DNA of 63,793 nt, filler included, from Octopus bimaculoides (Eukaryota): NCBI RefSeq assembly GCF_001194135.2. It is 12 parts of 10 records of this genome, joined end to end, with 100 filler letters (N's around TTAATTAATTAA, not from the genome) between each part and the next. Parts side by side here need not be neighbours in the genome. Positions count along the whole stretch, not along the records: positions 37,771 to 40,621 come from NC_068989.1; positions 40,722 to 44,281 come from NC_068983.1; positions 44,382 to 48,398 come from NC_068985.1; positions 48,499 to 50,803 come from NW_026304772.1; positions 50,904 to 59,391 come from NC_068985.1; 7 more parts are not named here. One strand, given 5' to 3'. Position numbers and translations under genes: made by a program. Below are positions 38,673-51,530 of this stretch, piece by piece. Positions within the stretch are counted from its first letter, which is position 1, and each line of letters starts with the position of its first letter. Below the pieces are notes generated by a model. That model worked only from the letters and a program-made list of their open reading frames with translations. It ran no database searches and was not told where the DNA came from.

Positions 38673-39717
38673 AATATATATATATATATATGCTTTCCAT
38701 GCGAATGGTTTTGTTATACGGCGCCATATTTTACAATCGCGTATTTTTATATAAGCTTAAAGCTTATGGCGATCACCGTGCAATGATTAAGGAAAATAGT
38801 CTAATAACGGGGCCTATAAGCCCTCGACAGAAACAAGAAGGCTTTCCTATCCGTGTGGGACTCTAAAAGTTAAATTAAGCAGAAAACTGGTTGGAATAAG
38901 AGAGAAAGACATAATCATCTTACTGATGGCTTGAAGGCTTGCAACAAGTGGACCTGCTAAGGACATCCAATGGCCAAGTGGTGGTGTTAAACCGTTTGAT
39001 AGATTATGTCTTCCACCAAAGGACAGGCATAATCTCTCTGACGAATTTCCAATCAGTTTCCTTGTATCAAATTTCACTCATTAGCTTTTAATCAACTCAA
39101 ATATCTATGCTCGAGATACTGTGCTGTGGAACTGAACTCAGAATTGTTAGTTACGAAGCAAGCTTCTTAACCGTTGAGCCATGCCTACATGCACTGCTGA
39201 CGGGACTAGTAAGATCAGAAAATGAGATAAACTTCATGGAAACATTCTGGAAGTGAAGCGTTCATTTATCTTCAGAGTTTAAACTGAAATTAGAAACAGA
39301 AAAAAAAGTTTTAATATAAGACATTAATAGGTTTAAATATTGGTATTTCTTTCTATTTTGGCTTCAGGTAAAATCGAGAATACATTTACTGAATTGGAAA
39401 ATTAGACCTTGCCCACGCACATAACTCTATTAAACACACATAAACACATGCGCAAAAGCACTCACACGCAAACACATAAACACTCACACGAACATACATA
39501 CATACAAACGCATACACATGCAAAGTTACAAACACTGAGATAAGCACACACAAAGAAGATATGCATATACAGATATACACACATATACAAAAGTAACGAG
39601 GACGAATGAAAAATGAGTTATATAGATTTAGAGATAGATACGGAAGGTTGTGTGTGTTTGTTATTCGTACACACATATACACACATATAAATGAATGTGT
39701 GTATGGATGTGTGTGCC

Positions 39718-39770
<53 letters not shown>

Positions 39771-39944
39771 CTAGACATATAAACAAATATGCAGTAGACT
39801 AATTGATAATTGAAATAGATGTAGACACATAACAATATCGTCTTTGAAGAAATAAATTTATAGAAAATGATAAATTGATATAAGGTACGGGTCGACAAAC
39901 AGAAGCAGATCAGTAAATATACTTATATGCATGGATATATATAT

Positions 39945-40040
39945 ATTGGAATACCTCGCGTTAATGGAATAATACGTTCCTGCAAAAACACTTACCGTAA
40001 CACAAAATTCCGTAACGCGAAATTATTTTCCCATTGATTT
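39945..40040 (+). mobile_element. Possible pogo/Tigger-like terminal fragment
   Basis: AATACCTCGCG...CGTTCC...CGTAACGCGAAATTATTTTCCCATTGA resembles Tigger-type subterminal sequence; no partner TIR seen. Confidence 0.3.
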
Positions 40041-41755
40041 TCATCTTATGAAGTGATAATGCTCTTCGGCAGATATTTTCGAAGAAAAATTAAACACAAC
40101 AAAAATGGCGAAAAGAACCACTTTTTGTTTTTGCATGAAAATAATGATTTGTAATTATACGATAACCTTAACACTAACCCTAACCGTCGTCGTCGTAACC
40201 GACGGAGTGCCACCAATGGATTGTGAATATAAATTTTCAAACAGTGTATGTATGCATTTGTGTATGTATCACGATTGTATTTTTAAAAATTGTCGATTAT
40301 TTTGATCTTAGCTGAAATGTTGAGAAGCGATTTTGGAGTTAAGAATGTAAAACTTTGAAATTTTTAGAATTTATCCAAGTTGCCGTAAGAGCGAAATTAC
40401 AGACCGTATCCTGTAAGCACAAAGTCCTGTAACATGAAGCAGCCGTAATGCTGGGATGCCAACACACACGCCCACAGATATGCACACATATATACCCATA
40501 TATACACACACATATACGTATATATACGTACATGCATACATACATACATACGTATATACATATATATTTTTACATACATTCATATATATATACGTATATA
40601 TGTATATATATATATATATATNNNNNNNNNNNNNNNNNNNNNNNNNNNNNNNNNNNNNNNNNNNNTTAATTAATTAANNNNNNNNNNNNNNNNNNNNNNN
40701 NNNNNNNNNNNNNNNNNNNNNCTCTGTGGGTGTGCTGATATTCTGGTTGCATAACATTTACATATGTTTTATATGTATATTATATTTGTCTGCATATCTA
40801 TATGTATATAATTATCTGCATATGAAGATAATATGCATGCTTGCATGTTGGTAAAAATTCACTATCAAGGGTTTCAGTAAATCGGATAAATCAATTTGCA
40901 TAAATAATACATTTTGTTATTCTATACCATGTCTCGTAGACATTTACAGAATGTAACTAGTTCCAAATAAGCTCTCAGTATGTATTTAAACTAATGTGGC
41001 TTATTCTTAGGTTTCTGTCTCCGAATAGATTGCACAAAAGGCAAGTTGTTTACATCTGACCTTTGAATGATTTACACACGAGGTGCCTAACAAAAATGTA
41101 TAAATATATTCTGTAGTACATTAGAATATAAAAATAAAACACTATCAATGCGTCAGTTATTTAATAATCGAATTAACTGCCAATAATTTATATAATCTGT
41201 TTATTTACATCATTAGATACATAAAAATACACATGCATACATACATACAAAAATACATACATACATACGTACATAAATCATACATACATATACACATACA
41301 TCCATGCATACAGTGTGTGTAATGTGTATACAAACACACACACATATATATTTGGCTGCATATGTATTGTAGGGCCGAGTCAATAGAATCTCATTGCTAA
41401 GTAATGACTGCAAAAACGATATGTAACAATGAACACATGTGTAAAATAATATTCTAATTATTTTCAAGGGGTTTATGGTTAATTATGGAGCTTGAAGGTT
41501 AGAAAACAATGAAAATATTAGTAAATAAAGAAAGATAAATACTGTGAGTCAATCAATAATAATTAAATGGTAACTTTAATTTGAAGGAAGCATTACGTAT
41601 AGTTCTTCCATAGAAATTTATCTAATTCTATTCATTCGAGTGTATAATTAAAATCTGACTGAAAATGTTATTATACGTGAATTATATATATATGTATCTA
41701 TGTACATATATTTAAATATGTGCATATTTGTATCTATCTATCTATCTATCTATCG

Positions 41756-41841
<86 letters not shown>

Positions 41842-41974
41842 CGGAGTAAGCACATAGATGTGAAACAAGGTGGAAAAAATAGTACTCAAACACAAGAGGT
41901 AGGATAATATGCTTTATTTAAAAGCAGCAGAAATATAACAAAAGCTACTACTATATCTTTTCCTAAGAATTGCA

Positions 41975-42423
41975 ATTTCAAAGATGGGACCTCCTGTCCG
42001 TTGGAAGGAAAATGTCTGGAGAAAGGAATTGTGTATAGAGTCAAAGTGCAAATAGAAAGCTCACATGAATATAGAACTTACACACGGGCTTCTGAATATT
42101 CTTTCAAGACCCAATTTTATTCTCATAGAAATTCCTTCCGATACCCCGAAAATAGGACAAAGACCAGCCTGGCAAAATATATCTGGGAATTAAAAGAAAA
42201 TGAAAACCGGCCTTTCAATGTGACATGGGGAATTTTAGATAAAGCATCACCTTACAGACACGGTGTGCATAAAAAAATCCGTCAAATGTAATTTATGTCT
42301 TTTGGAAAAATTCTATATTTTACTCCAGGACAATAGCGCTTTGAATCAAAGACGCGAACTCTTGAATTCCTGCAGACACGCAACAAAATGTAAAATGTCA
42401 GCAAACAAAATTCCATATGGATA
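41975..42423 (+). pseudogene. Second Penelope-like GIY-YIG endonuclease fragment (different lineage), one frameshift
   Basis: CPLEGKCLEKGIVYRVKV...TYTRASEYSFKTQFYSHRNSFR...TSLAKYIWELK...VTWGILDKASPY / KCNLCLLEKFYIL...LNQRRELLNSCRH...*. Confidence 0.85.
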
Positions 42424-43689
42424 GTATATATTTTTTGAATCTTGAACTAGTTTTCAATCCCACTGTCGGATTTGTATTTTGTAATGCGAGGTTTATTTCG
42501 CATCGCAAAGATATTGTACAATGATATATTATTTTCATGTTTCAGATTTTATTTTTATTTCATTTTATTGTATTTTTCAAACCCATTTATTCGTTATATT
42601 TATAGATAATTCGATATATGGTGTTCCATTTTTGCATGTCTTTTATCTGATTTTTATTATTATACACTCAGCAATTTATTTAAAAAAATTGTTTGTATAT
42701 ATGCGTTAGGACCTAGATATGTTTTATGTGGATGTCTTTATTGTGGGCATGCATATGTGTTTGTATGTGTGCGTCTGTGTATATGTGTAAGTAAGAGTGT
42801 ATGTTTATACTTGTGCACATACGTACATGGATGTATATGTATGCATGTATACACTTATATTTATGTGCATATGTATTTACGTACATATTTCCATATATTT
42901 ATATACGTGATCTTATATGTGTATTTATATGCTAATATATATTTATGTATATATATATATATATATATATATGTAATTTTATTTTATTTGTACGTTTGTT
43001 ACACATATTCCGTCACCTATCCCTCTTTCTTTTTCTTTCCTTACGCAAAGTATCCTTTCTCTCCCTATTCGTTACTTTGACAGCGTCCTTTAACAATGCG
43101 TTCCTCTTCTCCCCCTTACTCCCCTCTTTCTTTCGCTAGCTGTTACGTCGTTTATGGTTCTTCTTATTTTTTCCTTCCCCCTCCCTAAGTTTAAGATATA
43201 CTTCCTATGTCTCTTATCTGTTATAACTGACTTCTATATGTATACACCAAGAGATTTTTGTACGCAGGCATGGTTTGCGTGCATATATGTATATGTGTAT
43301 ATGTGTATTTATGCTTATATTTATGTCTTATATATATGCTTGTATATGTATGTAACTATGTGCATGCGTCTGTGTATTTTGATGTATATATGTGTATTAT
43401 AGATAGTCTTGTATGGGTATATACTGTTGTAAAATATTTATGTCATGCAGCCTGAAAATTTCAATTTTTATTCTAAATGTATTAATTGACTTATATTTCG
43501 TATATAATTATTTACAATATGTATTTTGAATCGACTCTTCGATTTAAGGCTTTCTTCGATTTAAGGCTTTCTTCGATTTTGCAATAGGATGAATTTATAT
43601 TGAATTCCTTTATTTTGTTTGTTGCAAGTTCATTGCATCCTTTAACTAGTTTTGATCATATTGTCATTTCTGTTCCATTTTAACAAAAC

Positions 43690-43725
43690 TGTCCGACGAA
43701 CGGGAACGTGAAACTCTGAGTAATG
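43690..43725 (+). ncRNA. Minimal hammerhead-like motif (CCGACGA core variant)
   Basis: TGT-CCGACGA-ACG-GGAA-CGT-GAAA-CTCTGAGT-A-ATG: stem II ACG/CGT, near-palindromic stem III ACTC-T-GAGT, GUA site. Confidence 0.55.
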
Positions 43726-44040
43726 CAAAGTTGCACTTTTAGAACTTACATAAGGTAAGAAACATCAGCATTTCGCTGTCACCCGCTATGCCTGTCTTTC
43801 ATCTCCTATAGAAACTTGATTTCTGTCTCTGTTTCTTTCTCTTCTCTCTGTCTTTTTCTCATTTTGTGTGCGACGGTGTGTGTCGTGAGTGATGAATGAT
43901 GTCTTTTAAGTTACACACACATATAGAAAATGTGACGTCATTGTCGTCATCGCACTGGAACCACTTTTCTCTGCAATCAGCTATAAAACCAATGACACAA
44001 GAGGTTCTGACGATCAGTAACCAACTGTATTTCAAATTTA

Positions 44041-44281
44041 TCTATATATATAAAAATGAGAATGTGTGTCTGTCTGTCTGTGTGTGTGAATCCCCAAAAC
44101 TCGAGAACTACGCAACCAATTTCATTCAAATTTTACACATGCCTTATTTAGGGTTCCAGTTGTGTTTTAGTCAAAAAATTTTTTAACTTCTTGCAGAGTT
44201 CGAGCACACGGCAACATAATATCTCTTCCACTATTTAAGTATTACGTGTCAAAAGTGAAACAAAAACACTCATGTCAAATA
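44041..44281 (+). mobile_element. 5' end of a non-autonomous Helitron-like element, cut by a gap
   Basis: A|TCTATATATATAAAAATGAGAATGTGTGTCTGTCTG...AACCAATTTCATTCAAATTTTACAC; 5' TC after A is the Helitron rule. Confidence 0.55.
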
Positions 44282-44381
44282 NNNNNNNNNNNNNNNNNNN
44301 NNNNNNNNNNNNNNNNNNNNNNNNNTTAATTAATTAANNNNNNNNNNNNNNNNNNNNNNNNNNNNNNNNNNNNNNNNNNNN

Positions 44382-44713
<332 letters not shown>

Positions 44714-44755
44714 TGATTCCATCGTCAGATAATACCAGCCTCCGTCTTCAGGGAA

Positions 44756-44855
44756 GAAGTTTTAGATTTGAGGTGTTGACAGAAAGGAGATTAAGGATGG
44801 AATCCTTATTCTATCCTTAATCTCTTTTCTGTTAACACCTCAAATCTAAGACTTC
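44756..44855. repeat. 48-bp inverted repeat with a 4-nt loop
   Basis: Arms 44756-44803 and 44808-44855, 44/48 complementary. Confidence 0.95.
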
Positions 44856-45445
44856 TCTGAAGTCTTAGAAGACAATTAATGAAGTCCCTGAAGACAATTA
44901 GTTGTAAGTTGAGAGAGAGTTGTTTGCCGTGTGTAGCAGATCGAGCGACCCTTTAAAAGCACCCAATTATCTTTTACGCTATCAAATTGAAAGACGTACC
45001 AGAAACCAGCTTTCGTGCATTAGATTCGTTACTGAGATATTTTATCCAATGAAAATTCGATAGAATAGCACTTCTTATAAACAAATAAAACAGAACTCAA
45101 GTAGCAAGTATATATCAGATGCTGAAATTACATCGAAGTCTCATTTCCATGTATTGGACAGCTGAAAAAACATTTCTCAAATTGCTGCTTTCCAAATTAG
45201 GTTTTGAGATAATTCTTATAAGATAAATTCAACGAATTATAAGTTAAAAATGACTAAAATTTCTAAGTGGAATAGTAATTTAGCTCATGGATGTCCTGCC
45301 AGCAATTAACTAATTTTTAGTCCCGTAAGGCTGGGACTTCACAGCAATATTTACTTTCTTTCATCCGATATACAAAGTATTGACAAGCTATTGAAAAGAC
45401 ATTCGTACTTATTTTCATCAGCACACATCTGTCTATGTTTCTCAT

Positions 45446-45493
<48 letters not shown>

Positions 45494-45507
45494 TTCTCCG
45501 TCTTTTC

Positions 45508-45544
<37 letters not shown>

Positions 45545-46255
45545 TCACCCCTTCTCTCGTATTACTAAGGTAAGTGTTCAATTGTTCATGTCAAAAGCAA
45601 CTTTCAATCCTTACCAACGTAACCGAGTTAATATAGTAGTGGATGACGGTTTGGACGTCAACTGTACACATCTGCAATACAATATTTTTAGCCCTCAATA
45701 ATCCAGTCCATCTAGAAGTAAATAAACATTTCTATACCTTCAACATATATACGTTCAATTAATTGTTCAAATTTTCCAGTTTTATTAAACCGTATTTTTA
45801 CAAACTATTTATCCCTTATATTCGCAACCTGCTCACCAGCTCATCTATTTTTTTTAAACATTACATATTTTAGGAGAAGCCTTTTTTTTTATTATAAAGA
45901 TTTCCCGTTTTTTCTATCTACCCCGTTAAAAGTAATTCGATAAAAACAGGTATATGAAATCTGAAATAGCATTACTTTTGATATATTTACAATATCTCAA
46001 ATTGAGAGTGTTGAAAGGAACAGCAGAATGTTACAGAAAATAAAGATGTGAGTCTCCATATTCAGTGTTAAAGACACTAAGATCAACTTGGATTTCATCT
46101 CCCGGCGATCGCGTGATTAATAAAATAGCAACCATTAATATAGTATTATCGATTAAATTGAATATAGCGCTCCCTTAATAAAATTAGATTTCTCTCTTAG
46201 CGAACAGTTTTGAAAAATTCATTTACACGAGCTATTGATGCTTGCTTGTAGTTTA

Positions 46256-48030
46256 CTAGCTGACGTGCCCGGTAATTCCCGGAAAAGCGGGGCTTATCCC
46301 TTGGTTCCGTTCTCATAATTGTTTCGCTAATCCAGTAACAACAATGCAAAGTATGTAGCCCTTAAAACGGTTTTAGTGCATTTACAGAGAATACCGAACT
46401 GTCTTACAAAGGATCTTGTTTTTTGGAAATCACAGTAAGTTATGAATACCCAAATTGTGAAGTTAGATACGTAATAACATGAAATTAGTTATCCGATAGT
46501 AAAAATTCAAATAAAGTGGCCCCGAAAAGAGTTTTAATGCGTTCCCAGAGTATATAGAACATAGGAGGAAATACTAATAAGGTATGCATACCAAATCGTG
46601 AAGCATGTTACGTAATCACAGGCTAATCGGATTTGAAATAATAACAGTTCAAAGTAAATGACTCTGAAAAGAGCTTTTGTGCGTTCCCAGAGAATATAAC
46701 TCTTAGAGGCGCTAGTGTTGGAATAGACTGACATTTAGTTTTACAGTAGCCATACAAATAAATTTGCATATAGATTTAAAAATAAAATAACATGTAGATT
46801 ATCAATACATTTACAACACTTACAAATATTACAGTTAAGTAATAAATACCTGACGATTTGGTGAATCTTATTAAGTTTACAGAGATTCTTGTTAAACAAC
46901 ATTTTTGGTCTTTCCTTGCGGGACATAAATAAACGAATGATTAAGATTGCCGACTCTCGAGAATCCTGCATAAGGTTGGCCATGGGAGAAAACTGGTTCC
47001 GCAAGGTTCAGACCTACTACATCCAAGGGCTGCCCCTGGGCCTTATTAATGCTCATTGCAAAGCTCAGTTTCAACAGTAATTGCAGGCGCTTGCACTGGA
47101 AACGTATATTCGAGGGAAAAAGTGGAATTCTAGGAATGAATACAGGTTCACTGCTTGCTTTACCAGTCAAAGTTGTTGTCTCCAAGACTGCTGGCATCAT
47201 CTTCTTTATTATAATTCGTGTGCCATTGCAAAGTTTTGGTAGACCGAGGTTTCGAAGCGGCATAACTGGTGCCTCAAATCTTGAGGTGCAAGTTGTGAGG
47301 TGGGAACACGGGTGGTGTTAGACTATTCAAGAATTCAACTGGATAATTCACAGCTTCATCGATGTTGAGTACAGTGTCAATGGAATTGTAGATGTGACGC
47401 TCACCAAGCAACTGTTCCAGAAGTTTTGATGTTTAAATCATCAACTGCCACGGATAAATGACACGGGTATTCAGCCAGTTGTGGTCTGTAAACTGATTCC
47501 TCAGGTTAGGAAACATCTTATTCATTAGTTCCTTTAAATCAAATACCGTATGTCCAAAAGGCAAGCTTACCCGACCATCCTTTTCGCCAACCGAAGTGCC
47601 ATTACCGACAGTTGCTTTGAAAAGGTTCTGTCTGCATCATCACCACTGAGCTGTACTTTCATGTTGGATGTGAGTCTCAGCTTTTGCACACTGTTCCATA
47701 GGTAGGACAACTTGATGCTGGCATTTACCTCATCAGCTCTTGTCCTCTTTGGAACCACGGGAAGAGTTTGTCTAAAGTCTCCTGCAAGCAAGACTGTGGC
47801 ACCTCCCATGAGCCTGATGTTGTGTCTCAGATCCTGAATGGCCATGTCAAGAGTTTCAAAGGAAACCTTATGGCTCATTGTCGCTTCATCCCAGATGATC
47901 AATCTGCTTTCACCCAGAAGTTTGCCTTTTATAGAACCACGACTGACGTTGCAGTTTACCTCCTCTTTTTTGGACAAGTCCAAAGGGAGTTTGAAACAGG
48001 AGTGAAATGATTGGAAGTGTTATCATGTAC
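46256..48030 (-). mobile_element. Helitron remnant (helicase half plus 3' terminus)
   Basis: Minus-strand end ...CCGGGAATTACCGGGCACGTCAG-CTAG|T: near-palindrome about 9 nt before CTAG, followed by T. PIF1 relic upstream; Rep domain and Walker A not found. Confidence 0.8.
46892..48025 (-). pseudogene. Helitron PIF1-like SF1 helicase, frameshifted
   Basis: HSCFKLPLDL...LIIWDEATM...LLAGDFRQTLPVV...LRLTSNMKV...[24 protein letters not shown] / PLRNL...LCNGTR...PRIPL...FAMSINKAQGQ...VFSHGQPYAGFSRV. Confidence 0.92.
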
Positions 48031-48314
48031 ATGTTTGACTTGGTATAAAGGATGGGCTGCAGCAAATATTCTGCTCAATACCTCAGATTTACTTGTAAGA
48101 TGCTTGACCTTAGCCATTAGTGGCTGACGATTTTTACATCTCTGATCACGAGCAGAAGTAGTGGTGGGGGGCATCATAGCCATATGTTGAGGGGGATTCT
48201 TTAGGGTTTGAATTATTTATCTCTGGAAACATAGATGTTTTATTCATCATCCTTAAACAAACCTTATTCAGAAACTTTTTGAGCAGGATGGGCTACTCAA
48301 TCCGAAGAGAATTC

Positions 48315-48361
<47 letters not shown>

Positions 48362-48366
48362 GTAAC

Positions 48367-48398
<32 letters not shown>

Positions 48399-48614
48399 NN
48401 NNNNNNNNNNNNNNNNNNNNNNNNNNNNNNNNNNNNNNNNNNTTAATTAATTAANNNNNNNNNNNNNNNNNNNNNNNNNNNNNNNNNNNNNNNNNNNNTT
48501 TAACACACGCACCGGTAAAATTTTCACTTATTTCTTATTTTTATTATCCTATAAATTTTCGTTGCGTCTTGCAACCTTTTCAATAGTCTTATATATATAT
48601 ATATAAACTATACC

Positions 48615-48650
48615 ATTTTAATCCCGAGCGACGCCGGGTGTCTCTGCTAG
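48615..48650 (+). mobile_element. Helitron 3' terminus of another copy
   Basis: CCCGAGCGACGCCGGG hairpin + TGTCTCTG + CTAG|T. Confidence 0.7.
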
Positions 48651-49148
48651 TATATATATACACACATATATATATATACATATATATACATACACACATA
48701 CACGTATGTGCGTGTGCATGTGGGTATGTGTATGTGTGTGTATGTGCGTGTGAGTCTGTGTGTGTGTGTGCGTGCGCGTCGAGAGAGAGAGAGAGAGAGA
48801 TAGAAAGATAAAGAGAGACAAATAGATAATGAAAGCGACAACAGAGAAAGAGTGCAAAACATGATAGGAACGGAATGTGACTCAGCAGTGTTATACTATA
48901 GAGTAAGGTTGATATAGTAGAGGAAAACAAACAGCAGCAGCAACAACAACAACAACAACAACAGCAACAACACTGATACCAAGTATGACTATGTGTGAGT
49001 CTCTGAGTGTCACAAGGTCACTCCACCCACTCACACGACCGAAGCCATATCGTAATTATGACACTTGCATCTGTTCATACAGGTTCCTCCGATCTTAACA
49101 TCTGTGTGCATCTGCCAGTGTGGGGGGAGTGTTGCCTGTATGTCTGTA

Positions 49149-49189
<41 letters not shown>

Positions 49190-50766
49190 ATACACATATA
49201 CAAACATATATTTCCATATAACNNNNNNNNNNNNNNNNNNNNNNNNNNNNNNNNNNNNNNNNNNNNNNNNNNNNNNNNNNNNNNNNNNNNNNNNNNNNNN
49301 NNNNNNNNNNNNNNNNNNNNNNNNNNNNNNNNNNNNNNNNNNNNNNNNNNNNNNNNNNNNNNNNNNNNNNNNNNNNNNNNNNNNNNNNNNNNNNNNNNNN
49401 NNNNNNNNNNNNNNNNNNNNNNNNNNNNNNNNNNNNNNNNNNNNNNNNNNNNNNNNNNNNNNNNNNNNNNNNNNNNNNNNNNNNNNNNNNNNNNNNNNNN
49501 NNNNNNNNNNNNNNNNNNNNNNNNNNNNNNNNNNNNNNNNNNNNNNNNNNNNNNNNNNNNNNNNNNNNNNNNNNNNNNNNNNNNNNNNNNNNNNNNNNNN
49601 NNNNNNNNNNNNNNNNNNNNNNNNNNNNNNNNNNNNNNNNNNNNNNNNNNNNNNNNNNNNNNNNNNNNNNNNNNNNNNNNNNNNNNNNNNNNNNNNNNNN
49701 NNNNNNNNNNNNNNNNNNNNNNNNNNNNNNNNNNNNNNNNNNNNNNNNNNNNNNNNNNNNNNNNNNNNNNNNNNNNNNNNNNNNNNNNNNNNNNNNNNNN
49801 NNNNNNNNNNNNNNNNNNNNNNNNNNNNNNNNNNNNNNNNNNNNNNNNNNNNNNNNNNNNNNNNNNNNNNNNNNNNNNNNNNNNNNNNNNNNNNNNNNNN
49901 NNNNNNNNNNNNNNNNNNNNNNNNNNNNNNNNNNNNNNNNNNNNNNNNNNNNNNNNNNNNNNNNNGCTATTAGTGGTGGTCATGGCCATGGCGAAGTGAT
50001 TTCGTGTTGGTGGTAATGATAACGATGACAATGATGTTGACAGTGATAATGATGCTGATGACGTTCTGTATACATAAATATCTACACAGGACTGACATCC
50101 ACCCCCCGTACACAATCCTGCAAGTAACACTCCCCCTCCCCAATCGCCCCACCCTCATCTCAGATACCAAGGCGTCACACTTTATTAAGTCTGTCTGTAT
50201 ACAATCTTCTCATACATATCTCGCTTCCTCTCCAATATTTTCCTGCTTCCTTCCTAGTAAACTCTTTCATTTCCCACTTTTTAAACCTCTTTCTTACCCT
50301 CACTCATTCTTCCTTCATTCTTTTTTTTTCTCCTTTCTGCTCTTCTTCACTTTATCTATTATCTTCTTTTTTCTTTTTATCTATTACTGGTTTCAGTCAT
50401 TGGACTGCAGCCATACTGGGGCCACCGCTTTAAAGAGTTTAGCCGAGCAAATCGACTCCATTACTTGCTTTTGTCTTCAATCCTGGTGCTTATTCTAAGT
50501 TACGAGGACGTAATCAAAGCAATGCCGGTTGTCAGGTAGTGAAGATGAGAGACACACGCACATACACACAAACACATACACATGCGCACACACTCATACA
50601 TACATACATACACACTCATACGTACACACACTCACGCACACACACATATATCGTTTTCTACTCTACGTTACTTGAAACTGAGTCACATTGATTTTAAATG
50701 ATATATGTAACTCCTACCAAATGTGTGTGTGTGCCACTTTCCTACTATCATACACACACACACATG

Positions 50767-50803
<37 letters not shown>

Positions 50804-50977
50804 NNNNNNNNNNNNNNNNNNNNNNNNNNNNNNNNNNNNNNNNNNNNTTAATTAATTAANNNNNNNNNNNNNNNNNNNNNNNNNNNNNNNNNNNNNNNNN
50901 NNNGTGCCACGCAGTGGGACTGGACCCAGAACCATGTGGTTGGTAAGCAAGCTACTTACCACACAGCCATTCCTGCG

Positions 50978-51058
<81 letters not shown>

Positions 51059-51149
51059 ATATATATATATATACATATAGATAGCTAGATCGATAGATAT
51101 GTGTGTATGGATATATATATATGTTTATATTTATTTGCTTATGTCATTA

Positions 51150-51240
<91 letters not shown>

Positions 51241-51344
51241 GCGATCGTAATAGTGATGCTAGTCTCTCTAGTAATATTGGTTAGCGTTAGTGGTATAACA
51301 GCGGTCATCTTGATGACTTTAGTAGAAGAGATGGTAATTGTTTG

Positions 51345-51530
51345 AAGGCGCGAGGTCCTAACGCTTACGGTATTGCACTCACGATCGCAAGATCGAGGTT
51401 TCGATTCAGAGACTGGGCAGTGCATTGATTTCTTGAGCAAAAACACTTCATTTCACGTTGCTTCAGTCTACTCAACGGCGAAAAGTAAAGATAACCCTGC
51501 GACACACTAGCGTCCCTTCTAGGGCACAGT
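51345..51530 (+). mobile_element. tRNA-derived SINE, family C-like head, degenerate
   Basis: CTCACGATCGCAAGATCGAGGTTTCGATTC...TTGAGCAAAAACACTTCATTTCACGTTGCT...AACCCTGCG. Confidence 0.65.

Noticed and set aside
40163-40185. Telomere-like TAACCTTAACACTAACCCTAACC
   Set aside because: Only about three imperfect units; not evidence of an interstitial telomere.
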